A DNA stretch of 27,181 nucleotides from Octopus sinensis (Eukaryota): contig NW_021833379.1 of the NCBI RefSeq assembly GCF_006345805.1, positions 1 through 27,181 of the forward strand. Direction: 5' to 3'. A program made the translations under genes and the position numbers. Below the pieces are notes generated by a model, which worked only from the letters and a program-made list of their open reading frames with translations, ran no database searches and had not been told where the DNA came from. Of this stretch, positions 1 to 9,351 are shown piece after piece. Positions within the stretch are counted from its first letter, which is position 1; each line of letters opens with the position of its first letter.

Positions 1-269
1 ACATACACACACACCCACACATAATACATGCGTATTTCCTACTATACCCATACATTTCTATACATATATACGATACACATATACAAGCGTGCACATACAA
101 TATGTGAAAGGTCTTAGGAGAAAAGGTAATCGGGGGTGCTAGGGGAACGGTGGGATTGGGGGGGTTTTGTGGGTGGGGTGTCATCGATCTGGTTGCCGGG
201 TAGGTCTATAGTTCTTGTAGTTTGCATACTTCTTATGCATGCAATTTGGGGAAAATCTCAGAACACTCC

Positions 270-853
270 ATTGTATGTTATAATCGACACCTTTATCTCT
301 TTTGGTCTTTAAGAGATAAAGGTGTCGATTATAACATACAATGGAAGATTTTGGCCAGATGTAAGCCCTATATAACTAACGGCGCGGAAGGTGCGGTTTA
401 TGCGACATGGAGAGATGGCTTATCTGGAAAGCAGCTTAGACCCTACCACATGTCTAAATACAAGGACAGAGCTTTTCGGATCATGCCACATGTGACTAAA
501 TTTCTGTTACGTTTTTGGTCCCCTAAAGAAAACGGATAGAACATGCTTTCTGTGTTATGTCCCAAGAAGATTTTATATATTTTTATTTATATTTTTATGT
601 ATTTTTATATAATTTTTATGACGAAAAATGCGAGCGATGTATAAGTACGCAGGCAAAGCAGAGTTATAACAGAGTAATTTCCCTTCATTTTTAACGGTAT
701 TTTTTCATAACGTTTTCCATAGCCAGATAACCGAAGAGATGGTGTTGTTGGATTTCCACTTCGGCATCTGAAACTCAGAGTTTTATCTTGACTACCGAGT
801 AATGTAACATTTGTATAGATAATTTTCCTCTATTTACATAATATTGAGGTCTC
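270..853 (+). mobile_element. Penelope-like element (PLE), 3' fragment: degenerate GIY-YIG endonuclease C-terminus plus 3' UTR/pLTR-like region
   Basis: ORF 222..539 contains WSLRDKGVDYNIQWKILARCKPY. Shifted frames continue as RCGLCDMERWLIWKAA, CLNTRTELFGSC and HVTKFLLR, matching the C-x2-C..E..LN-x-R-x-E..C-x-H..KFLL C-terminal signature of PLE ORFs. Frameshifted, so pseudogenised. A hammerhead-like fold follows downstream. Confidence 0.8.
725..788 (+). ncRNA. Type I hammerhead ribozyme-like motif, minimal PLE type, probably degenerate
   Basis: Stem I AGATAA(725-730)/TTATCT(783-788); core CCGAAGA(731-737; canonical CUGANGA with U4C); stem II GATG(738-741)/CATC(765-768) plus one extra T; GAAA(770-773); palindromic stem III CTC-A-GAG(774-780); UH site TT(781-782). 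It lies in the PLE 3' region, where such ribozymes are known to occur. Confidence 0.65.
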
Positions 854-854
854 G

Positions 855-1890
855 GTACTTGTCTATTGTCGTGGTCCCAGTTTCGCACACCGCGAATTCG
901 CGCGCCAGACGTAGGTACTCGATACTCGACGAGGTGCTGAGATCCTACGAGGTGACTTCGCGCATGCGCGTTAACCCCCCCCCCCTAAAAAAAGGTGTTG
1001 GATTTCACTAAAAAATATATTGTGTGTGTGTGTGTATATATATAACCATTTTCAATTTTACACAAAAAAATTACATAGTCGCTTTCCTCGCGGATTTACA
1101 GATAAATGAATTAATTACTATTTTACAGAATAAAATTAATGAATTAATTATATAATTAAATAATTCTTGAAAATTAATTAATATTAATATATTTTTTGAA
1201 CAAAGTAAATAATTTATAAAACTTGGTTAATAATTTTTTTTACACAAACGCGAACGTATATAATTTGTGAAACTTTTTTTTTTTTACAGACGTATATAAT
1301 TTGGTAAACTTAATGAATTAATTTCTTCTCATCATCATCATCGTTTAACGTCCGTTCTCCATGCCAGCATGGGTTGGACGGTTCGACCGGGGATCTGGGA
1401 AGCCAGAAGGCTGCACCAGACTCCAGTCTTATCTGGCAATGTTTCTACAGCTGGATGCCCTTCCTAACGCCAACCACTCCGAGAGTGTAGTGGGTGCTTT
1501 TTACATGCCACCCGCACAGGTGCCAGGTGAGGCTGGCAACGGCCACGGTCGGATTGGTGCCAGTCGAGGCGGCTCTGGCATCGGCCACGATTCGGATAGT
1601 GCTTTTTACGTACCACCAGTCCAGGGGTTCTGGCATTTGCCGGGTGTCACACTTGCCCCAACATGTCTTCGCAAGCAAAGGGGGTTGGCATGGGTGCCTG
1701 TCGTCGGATGAGGTTCGATATCAACTTCGCTTGCCTCAACAGGTCTTTGTGTATAAATGTATAAATTTTTCGCACTAAAAATTCTTTCCGTAGAATTTAT
1801 CAAATAAAAACGCAAAATTAATATATTTTTTGAAATTGCAAATTATTTAGAATATAAAACAAACGAAATTAAATTTTTAAAATAAATGTC
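855..1890. mobile_element. Degenerate CpG-rich/AT-rich element related to 17194-17701, interrupted by the RTE 3' UTR copy at 1330-1748
   Basis: Starts GGTACT..GTGGTCCC..GATCCTAC like the 17194 element. AT-rich blocks aatatattttttgaacaaagtaaataa (~1183-1210) and aataaaaacgcaaaattaatatatttttt (~1803-1830) closely match 17318-17367. Confidence 0.45.
1330..1748 (-). mobile_element. 5'-truncated RTE LINE 3' UTR with (GAT)n tail
   Basis: Same sequence as the region directly downstream of the stop codon of the RTE ORF at 9947 (catcatcatcgtttaacgtccg...ggatgcccttcctaacgccaaccactcc...gtgctttttacatgccacc). Confidence 0.85.
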
Positions 1891-1932
1891 ATATACTTAT
1901 ACTCTGTAAGGTGCTGTGTTCACACTTCAATT

Positions 1933-2339
1933 TACTATTTTCTAGAAATGTTGCTTTTCTAATTGAAACCATTTTTCTCAAGTTCCATTTAAAAATCGAT
2001 GTCTTGAGCCAATTAATACTAATACTAATTCCTTTTACACTTGGATAATGATATCAAAGTGAACAACTTTGAATTACGCCGCGGCGGTGGTGGTGTGAGG
2101 TTCTAATTTTTTTTTTCTGATCTCTCTTTGCCCCCCTCTTTATCTCAGTTGTTCATTCCGCTGATATTTAGAAAGATTTTCGCGCCCAATTTTTGTTGTG
2201 GCGGGAAAAGATGAACGATTTAAAATAAATATATCTTAATTGTAGTGTGAGAAAGTATATATATTCTGATGATAAAATATATTATCTTTCAAAAACATCA
2301 AATTTATAGACTATATCGTGTAGGTTTAAGAAATGGTTC

Positions 2340-2386
<47 letters not shown>

Positions 2387-2698
2387 TATATATATACATA
2401 TATAGCAGAGAATGAAACATCGTTCATCTGTCTCCCCACCACACCTCCATCTACACAAAAATTAGTTTGAGATAGAGAGGGGGGCAGAGAGAGAGATCAG
2501 AAACATTAATTGGCTCAAGAGACACACACCACCCCCACCACCGCCGCCGCGTAATTCAAAGTTGTTCACTTTGATATCATTATCCAAGTGTAAAAGGAAT
2601 TAGTATTAGTATTAATTGGCTCATAAGACATCGACTTTTAAATGGAGCTTGAGAAAAATGGTTTCAATTAGAAAAGCAACATTTCTAGAAAATAGTAA
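1933..2698. repeat. Long imperfect inverted repeat (fold-back/MITE-like) with a central (TA)n tract
   Basis: 1933-2095 is the reverse complement of ~2530-2698 with few differences. Inner arms ~2113-2147/2469-2505 and agatgaacgat (2209-2219)/atcgttcatct (2419-2429) extend the symmetry. Confidence 0.8.
2341..2404. repeat. (TA)n microsatellite
   Basis: Direct reading of the sequence. Confidence 0.95.
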
Positions 2699-2895
2699 GG
2701 GAACAAGAATGAGAAATTAATTAATTAATGACACAAATGAGTCATGGTATGGTTGCTGTTGTTATGATATAACTATAATCACAACGGTGGGGGCTCTGAA
2801 AGGGGTCGCAGAGAGTAGCGTCCCCCGACTTTCTGAGCTAGTCTTCCACTACATTTCTTAAAAATTGTGGTAGAGGCCTTGGTCTCAGGACCACT

Positions 2896-3262
2896 CATCA
2901 TCATCATCATCATCGTTTAGCATCCGTTCTCCATGCTAGCATGGGTTGGACGGTTCGACTAGGGTCTGGGAAGCCAGGGGCTGCACCAGATTCCAGTCTG
3001 ATCTGGCAGTGTTTCTACAGCTCGATGCCCTTCCTAACGCCAACCACTCCGTGAGTGTAGTGGGTACTTTTTTTTTATGTGCCACTGGCACAGGTGCCAG
3101 GTGAGGCTGGCAATTGCCACGATTGTTTGGTGTTTTTTACGTGCCACCAGCACGGAAGCCAGTCAAGGCAGCGCTGGTGTTGGCCACGTTTGGATGGTGC
3201 TTTTTACGTGCCACTGGCACAGGGATCACAACTACAATTTCCATTGAGTTTTGATGTTGATA
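2896..3262 (-). mobile_element. 5'-truncated RTE LINE 3' UTR with (GAT)n tail
   Basis: Homologous to 9352-9946; carries three gtgc..tttttacgtgccac modules. Confidence 0.85.
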
Positions 3263-3499
3263 TACTAGAAACTGAGGTTGGGTAAGCAAGGGTATGCTCC
3301 CCGTAGAAAATCCAGCTCCAAAAAAAGCCTCGTTATAGCAAAGGAGAATGGGCACCAGCCAGCCCAAAGGTTGGGGTGGGCTGCACCTACTTACCGCTTT
3401 TTCTATGGCATTGAGGTAGATCTGGATACCCTCATTAACGGGGACAAAACCCAGATTTAAAACACTGGATGATAATGAAACAATAAGATTTATATTATG

Positions 3500-3859
3500 A
3501 CTAGCAGTATCGCCCGGCGTTGCTCGGGTTTGTTTCGACCCGCTGGAATTGTAATTTTGAAAAGTAAAAATTTTGTGAACATTTTTCTGGTCAAAATACA
3601 CCGAAAAGTGGCGACACAGCAGTGAAAAAATGGTAAAAAATAGGGATTTTCATAGAAAAAAGCACCTTTTTGATGTAAATAATTTTTGGTGTTAACATGG
3701 TCCGATTTGAATTTTATGTTCTACGGAAGGAAGAGCAACCCTTCTTCTATCATACTCTCAATTTTGGTCAACTTGTGCCGCAGGGTCTCGGAGGAGATAG
3801 TGTTAGTTGAAGGTTACCAAACGTGGCGCACACAGACAACTTCAGCTTTATATAGAGAT
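3500..3859 (+). mobile_element. Non-autonomous Helitron/Helentron-like (HINE/DINE-type) element
   Basis: 5' ACTAG followed by the CCCGGCGTTGCTCGGG hairpin; 3' end cagacaac..TTTATATAGAGAT. Same termini as 19279-19646. Confidence 0.65.
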
Positions 3860-4612
3860 AACACACACACATTAATACACATACATAGACACACACACAC
3901 ATGTATGGATGTATATATGTACATCTGTCCACTTCTTGCAATATTTTTATCCTTCACTTCCTACACACACACACACACACACACACACACCTTATTAGCT
4001 TACAATTTCTTTCTGTCAACAATTGACAACAGAAGTACGCTCGCCAATTAATACTACCAAAATTTAACGATAGAAACTAAATTAAAAACCAATTTACCTT
4101 TTCTGTATTGTTATGGCAATTCGACCGTCGGTGTGCTTTTGCAAATGTGTTCGAATGAGAAGCGAGTTGTGTTTGGTGCCTTTTTTACTAATAACAAACA
4201 CACATGTGTCTGTATGTGTGTATGTAGTTGTTTGAAACGTTTGTGTTTGTCACTGTCATATATGTATATGTATGCGTGTGTGTGAGGAAGGGCAAACCAG
4301 ATAGATAGCGCGCGAAGTTCTTTTGAAGTTCGCGCTCCGTTTGTGTGTGTGCGTGCTTTAGGTGTACATAGGTATGTGTTTTTGTGTGTGTGTGTGTCAC
4401 TGAAGCCATACATACATATATACATACATAACCTCTCTCTCTCTTTTCTCTCTCAGTCACTCACTACAAAAAGTGAATAAAAAAAAGTTCAGTTATCTCT
4501 GTCTTTCACACATACACACACAGCACAACATTACTCTCTCTGTCTCTTTACACACACTAACAAAAGCACTTCACTTACACATCACACTTTCTGTGTCGCA
4601 CACCCCATCAAA

Positions 4613-4653
<41 letters not shown>

Positions 4654-5010
4654 GCATGCACACATGTACATCAATGCTTCCGATACATACCAACATCAAA
4701 AGAACTTCCCGAAAAAATGTTTGCGTGTCTATGTGTGTGTACACTTGCAAAGAGAAAGTAGCAGAAAGTGTGGTGGTAATGGTAGGAGTGAAGCACTTTA
4801 AATGAAAGAGGGAAATCTAAAAATAATGAGTTTTCTCGAATTTTTGCTTAATTGGGGGTGAAATTGGAAAAACTTTACATGCCATGACCCGATGGAATCT
4901 ACTTGTAAAAATGATAGGTAAATTCCAATTGAAGAAATTCTATATTGTAGATTTGTATAAAAAACGAATGGTTTGGGAGGCAGATAAAATCTGCCTTTTA
5001 TCAGAAGAGA
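3860..5010. mobile_element. Microsatellite-rich composite repeat, probably Helitron-associated
   Basis: Module ~4480-4710 (ttcagttatctct..cacttcacttacac..cacatgtacatcaatgctt..aaaagaacttccc) recurs at ~20160-20325. Ends with ccttttat..agagat, similar to the HINE-like 3' ends. Confidence 0.45.
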
Positions 5011-5092
5011 TTCTTCCAGTATATGGAGTTTAAAAGTGTTTAGTTACGTGGAAATTATTAAAAAAAACTGCCGTTCAAACGGAAAAGATCCC
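5010..5092. repeat. Dispersed repeat fragment, reverse complement of ~18260-18340
   Basis: ttcttccagtata..gttacgtggaaattatt..ctgccgttcaaacggaaaagatccc matches gggatcctttccgtttgaacggcag..taatttccacgtaactaaa..tatactggtagaa on the opposite strand. Confidence 0.75.
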
Positions 5093-5276
5093 CATCTAGC
5101 CCTGTCATATTGTGTATGTTATGCTGAATCTCCCTGTGAACAACATTAAGGGTATGTGTGTCTGTGGAGTACTCAGCCACTTGTGCATTAATTTCACGGG
5201 CAGGCTGTTCCATTGATCAGATCAAAAGAAACAAATGTTGTCATAACCGGCCGAGTGCTCCTAATGTGCTTTTGTC

Positions 5277-5324
5277 TGACCCATGCAAGCATGGAAAATG
5301 AGATGTTAAAACGATGATGATGAT
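5277..5324 (+). mobile_element. Short, degenerate RTE 3' tail fragment
   Basis: gacccatgcaagcatggaaaatgagatgttaaaacgatgatgatgat resembles the RTE terminus aacccatgctagcatggaaaacggacgttaaacgatgatg. Confidence 0.65.
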
Positions 5325-5800
5325 TAGAAAAATAACCCTGAAATATTTCCCAAGGAAAATCTTTCCCACACAAGTTTCGATGTTAAGCGAGAAGGGTGGA
5401 GCAAACCAAACGACATTTCTGTGGCGCTTCCTTTCCTGGTGTCAGGGCCTGGCATGTAGGAGAGGCAGTCCTTAAATCCACTCCATGCCAATGCCTCGTT
5501 GTAGAAAGGGGCAGCAGCGTCAAAGCTATCTTGGTTCGAGGACAGATTCGAGATCCTCTTGCTTACACCTCTCACTAGGTTCTTGAAAAATATAGGGCTG
5601 GTGCCAGTTCTAATGCAAGACATTCTCTGGTTTGGCTTGTGATAAAGCTTGTGTCTACCAGAGCACAGATTGAAAGTAACATGGAAGAAAGTTACTGTGA
5701 GGAGTTTAGTCTTGTGTTGAGGTCCAGAAGGCAAGTTGCTGAAATGGGAAACTAATGAATTGTGGTTCTAATCGTTCTGCACATTTATCAGCGTGATAAC
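5325..5800 (-). pseudogene. Penelope-like element RT C-terminal/thumb and linker fragment
   Basis: ORF 5324..5734 contains VTFFHVTFNL..G.HKLY.KPN and KNLVRGVSKRISNLSSNQDSFDAAAPFYNEALAWSGF. A shifted frame gives RHRNVVWFAPPFSLNIETCVGKIFL. These match the PLE FLDVTFNL/KRISxLSS/WFNPPFS motifs. Confidence 0.8.
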
Positions 5801-6062
5801 TGAGGTATATTCGGCGATATTGTGGGGAGGAAATTTGTTGTTTGCGGACCATACAACTCTTTTGGATTAAAATTCCTCTCGAATCAATTTAGTTTCGAAG
5901 GCAGCCAAAGCATCTGATTATGTAAATGAGGTTTTGGGGTGTGCAAGGGATGTTGGATTTGATTTTGAATATTTGCCCTTGTCTGAAATGGAATTCCGAT
6001 CCTTCTAAAAGATTTTCTGCAAATAAGTGAACCACACTTTACAACTCTTGCATCTGTTGTTC

Positions 6063-6103
<41 letters not shown>

Positions 6104-6122
6104 TATTATTATTATTATTATT

Positions 6123-6181
<59 letters not shown>

Positions 6182-6189
6182 CCTCCTCA
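6063..6189. repeat. Compound trinucleotide microsatellite (TAT)n(CAT)n(CCT)n
   Basis: Direct reading; accounts for the poly-I/N/D/E ORF 6039..6227. Confidence 0.95.
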
Positions 6190-6481
6190 TTTTGTAGAAG
6201 ATGGGTCTTTGAATTCACTTGTATCACATTTCTGGAAAGAACATTGGTTGATTCTCTTCAAGTGTAGGATAAGTTAAAATCTAAAAATAATTACTTATGC
6301 TGAATGAAAATTTTCCTTGCTACCCCAAATTCAGTTTTGCTTTTTTTTTTTATGAGTAATTCGGTGAGATTTCTGCTAATAATTACCCCAATCTGAAGCA
6401 GAAGGAGAGTCTATTTTTCAGACAATCACACTGAGATAAGCAGTGTTATATGTCTTTTAACTATGTTATGAGTTCATTTAA

Positions 6482-6700
6482 CCCTTTAGTGTTCAGATTA
6501 CTCTGTTAAATGTAATACTTTTTCGCTCAAATTGTTTTGAATTAATCATGCATTGTCTAATAGCTCTGAGGTTTCAATGATGTGATTGTTTATTTCAGAA
6601 TGTCAATGTAGGTTTGGTGTGAGAGGCCAGATATGGCCAGTTTGAATATAAAACATGTAGAACATCTGGGCCAGATATGGCCGGTTTAAACACTAAAGGG
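6482..6700. mobile_element. piggyBac-type MITE
   Basis: TTAA(6478-6481)|CCCTTTAGTGTT ... AACACTAAAGGG|TTAA(6701-6704): 12-bp TIRs starting CCC with a TTAA target duplication and no ORF. Confidence 0.8.
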
Positions 6701-7210
6701 TTAAACCGGTTATATCCGGCCCAAATTTCTGCTCATTTTATGCTCAAACTGGGGAATAGTTTGGCATTGGTGAGAATCTTCAACAAGTAAGACTGAATAA
6801 AGAAGACTCATTTATCCCCAAATACAGACCAAATAAATAAATATGAACCCATATTAAAAATAAAGGACTTACCCCATCTAATGTAGGGCATAAGCCAGAA
6901 AAAAAAATAGAGAGAACAAATAAAAATTTACAGATTTACCTCCCCTTAACTGTAAAATATATGAATGAACAATTATCTCCACTTGCCGTATATATTTTTA
7001 TTCAACTCTCAGTTTGATAAGCAACTCGAAACCGGTCCTTCAATTATTTTGAAAGGACAAAACCTTATTTTGTACAAAATTAGATATCTTTTTTTTCCAT
7101 GGCTCTAATATACCCCTAAATCCTGTGAAACAAATCTTCTGATTTTTTCATCTTTTCTCTTTTTATATATATCCACCATGTGTTTCTCCACTGAAATATT
7201 TTCTACCCCA

Positions 7211-7238
7211 TATATATATGTATAACACATACATACAT

Positions 7239-7333
<95 letters not shown>

Positions 7334-7370
7334 ATATATATATATATATATATATATTATAATACAATAC

Positions 7371-7426
<56 letters not shown>

Positions 7427-7440
7427 GAATATGTATATAT

Positions 7441-7471
<31 letters not shown>

Positions 7472-7507
7472 TACATACATAAATATATATGTGTGTTTAT
7501 ATATATA
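7211..7507. repeat. Long (TA)n-rich microsatellite
   Basis: Direct reading. Confidence 0.95.
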
Positions 7508-7509
7508 TT

Positions 7510-9332
7510 GGGCCATTGATTGATGATAACGGCATTCTCCAACACGATGCTAAAGAAAAGGCAGAAATACTGCAGAACAATACTGCTCTGTCTTTAGTGT
7601 TCCCACTGATATTGACGTAAGGGAAACGAACGAAGTTGACTCCCAACACACAATCTCAGACATAACCTTCACTGCCACCGACCTCGTAGCAGCAATAAAT
7701 GAGGTCAAACATTACTCTGCTGTAGGCCCTGATAGATTTCCCGCTAGCCTCCTGAAGGAATGTAGATACCAACTTGCAGTCCCTCTGACCAACCTCTGGA
7801 GAAATTCGTTAGACGCAGGTTATATACCGAAACAGTTTCTATCCCAGTCGGTCATCCCGGTTTTCAAACAGGGAAACAGATCCCTCGCACTCAACTATCG
7901 CCCAATCTCACTCACCTCCCACATCATTAAAGTGTTTGAAAGAGTGTTAAGATCAAGGATAGCTGACTTCCTGGAGACCCAGAAACTACTAAATTCAAAT
8001 CAGCATGGCTTTCGCTGGGGCAGGGACTGTCTAACACAGCTCTTACACCACATTGAAGATGTACTCAAAGCCTTGGGAACAGGTTCGAACTCTGACGTCA
8101 TATATCTTGACTTCAGTAAAGCGTTCGACAGGGTAGACCATAACATCCTACTCTCAAAATTGGCAAACATTGGAATCCATGGAAAAGTTCTACACTGGAT
8201 TAAGTATTTCCTGGCAAATAGAACACAACATGTTGTAGTTGATGGAGTCCACTCAAACCCAGCAAAAGTCACCAGCGGTGTTCCCCAGGGAACTGTTTTG
8301 GGTCCGCTACTCTTCATAATTTACGTAAACGACCTTTCCAGTGTCGTACATTACTGCAAAGTGAAAATATTTGCTGATGACACTAAGCTCCAGCAAATCG
8401 TCAATGAAGAAGCAGACCGAACTCAACTCCAGTCTGATCTATATGCTGTGAGTCAATGGGCAGACAGAAACAAAATGCAACTGAATGAGGGAAAATTTGA
8501 GCTGATGCATTTTGGAAGAAACTCCTCACTAAAACAGCCATACTCTCTTCCTTCAGGGGAACCGCTCACACAGCCTCTAACAATATCAGAGACCTGGGTG
8601 TAATTGTTGATGACGATCTCAGTCGGAGTGCACACATCAACAAGAAGGTCGATATAGCTCGTAGGATGAGTTCCTGGATCTTAAGAACTTTCCGGTCCAG
8701 AGAACAAGGTATCATCATACCACTTTTTTCCTCCTTTGTACGGCCACACCTTGAATACTGCTGCCCACTGTGGTCTCCTCACACAAGACAAAACATCTCC
8801 AGAATTGAGTCACCCCAGAGGGCACTCACTAAACAAATTGAAGGCATGGCTGCTCTCGATTATTGGGATCGCCTTAAAGCCTTGAAACTTTACTCCCTCC
8901 AGCGTCGCCGTGAGCGGTACATCATTTGTACGATGTGGAAAATATACCGCCAACTTTGCCCAAACGACCTGAACATTAGCTTCAAGGTTCATCCAAGACT
9001 GGGACCACGGGCCATACGTCCCCTGCCCAATTCAAGATCACAACATACATGTACACTGCAACATAATTTCTTTTCCTCAACAGGCCCTGCCCTATTTAAC
9101 ATTGTCCCGAGGGAGATCAAAGAGGAAAAGGATCCCATCAACTTTAAACAAAGTCTGGATAGATTCCTTCAAAGAATACGAGATAAGCCACCCATAATTG
9201 GATACAACTCAACAACAAGAACTCACTACTTGAACAAAACTTGACTTAAACAGGATTCGAATAATCCTATCAGGTGGTGCTATTAAGTTAGACATGGCCT
9301 GGACCAATCTTTGGTCGAAACATATCTAAGTT
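7510..9332 (+). mobile_element. 5'-truncated CR1/L2-group LINE with frameshifted RT, ORF2 C-terminus and 3' UTR
   Basis: Upstream frame reads SAVGPDRFP..LKEC..VIPVFKQG..NYRPISLTS. ORF 7932..8603 has YLDFSKAFDRV, GVPQGTVLGPLLF and FADD. ORF 8666..9244 has FVRPHLEYCCPLWSP and LYSLQRRRER, typical of the CR1 clade. Frameshifts near 8590-8660; no endonuclease domain in the window. Confidence 0.9.
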
Positions 9333-9351
9333 TATATATATATATATATAT

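Noticed and set aside
131-180. G-rich tract with G-quadruplex potential
   Set aside because: Irregular G runs in low-complexity sequence, with nothing to indicate function.
1361-1778. Recurrent short ORFs containing [21 protein letters not shown] (also 3079, 9464, 12179, 22222)
   Set aside because: These are antisense readings of the RTE 3' UTR. They recur because the repeat recurs, and frames and lengths are not conserved.
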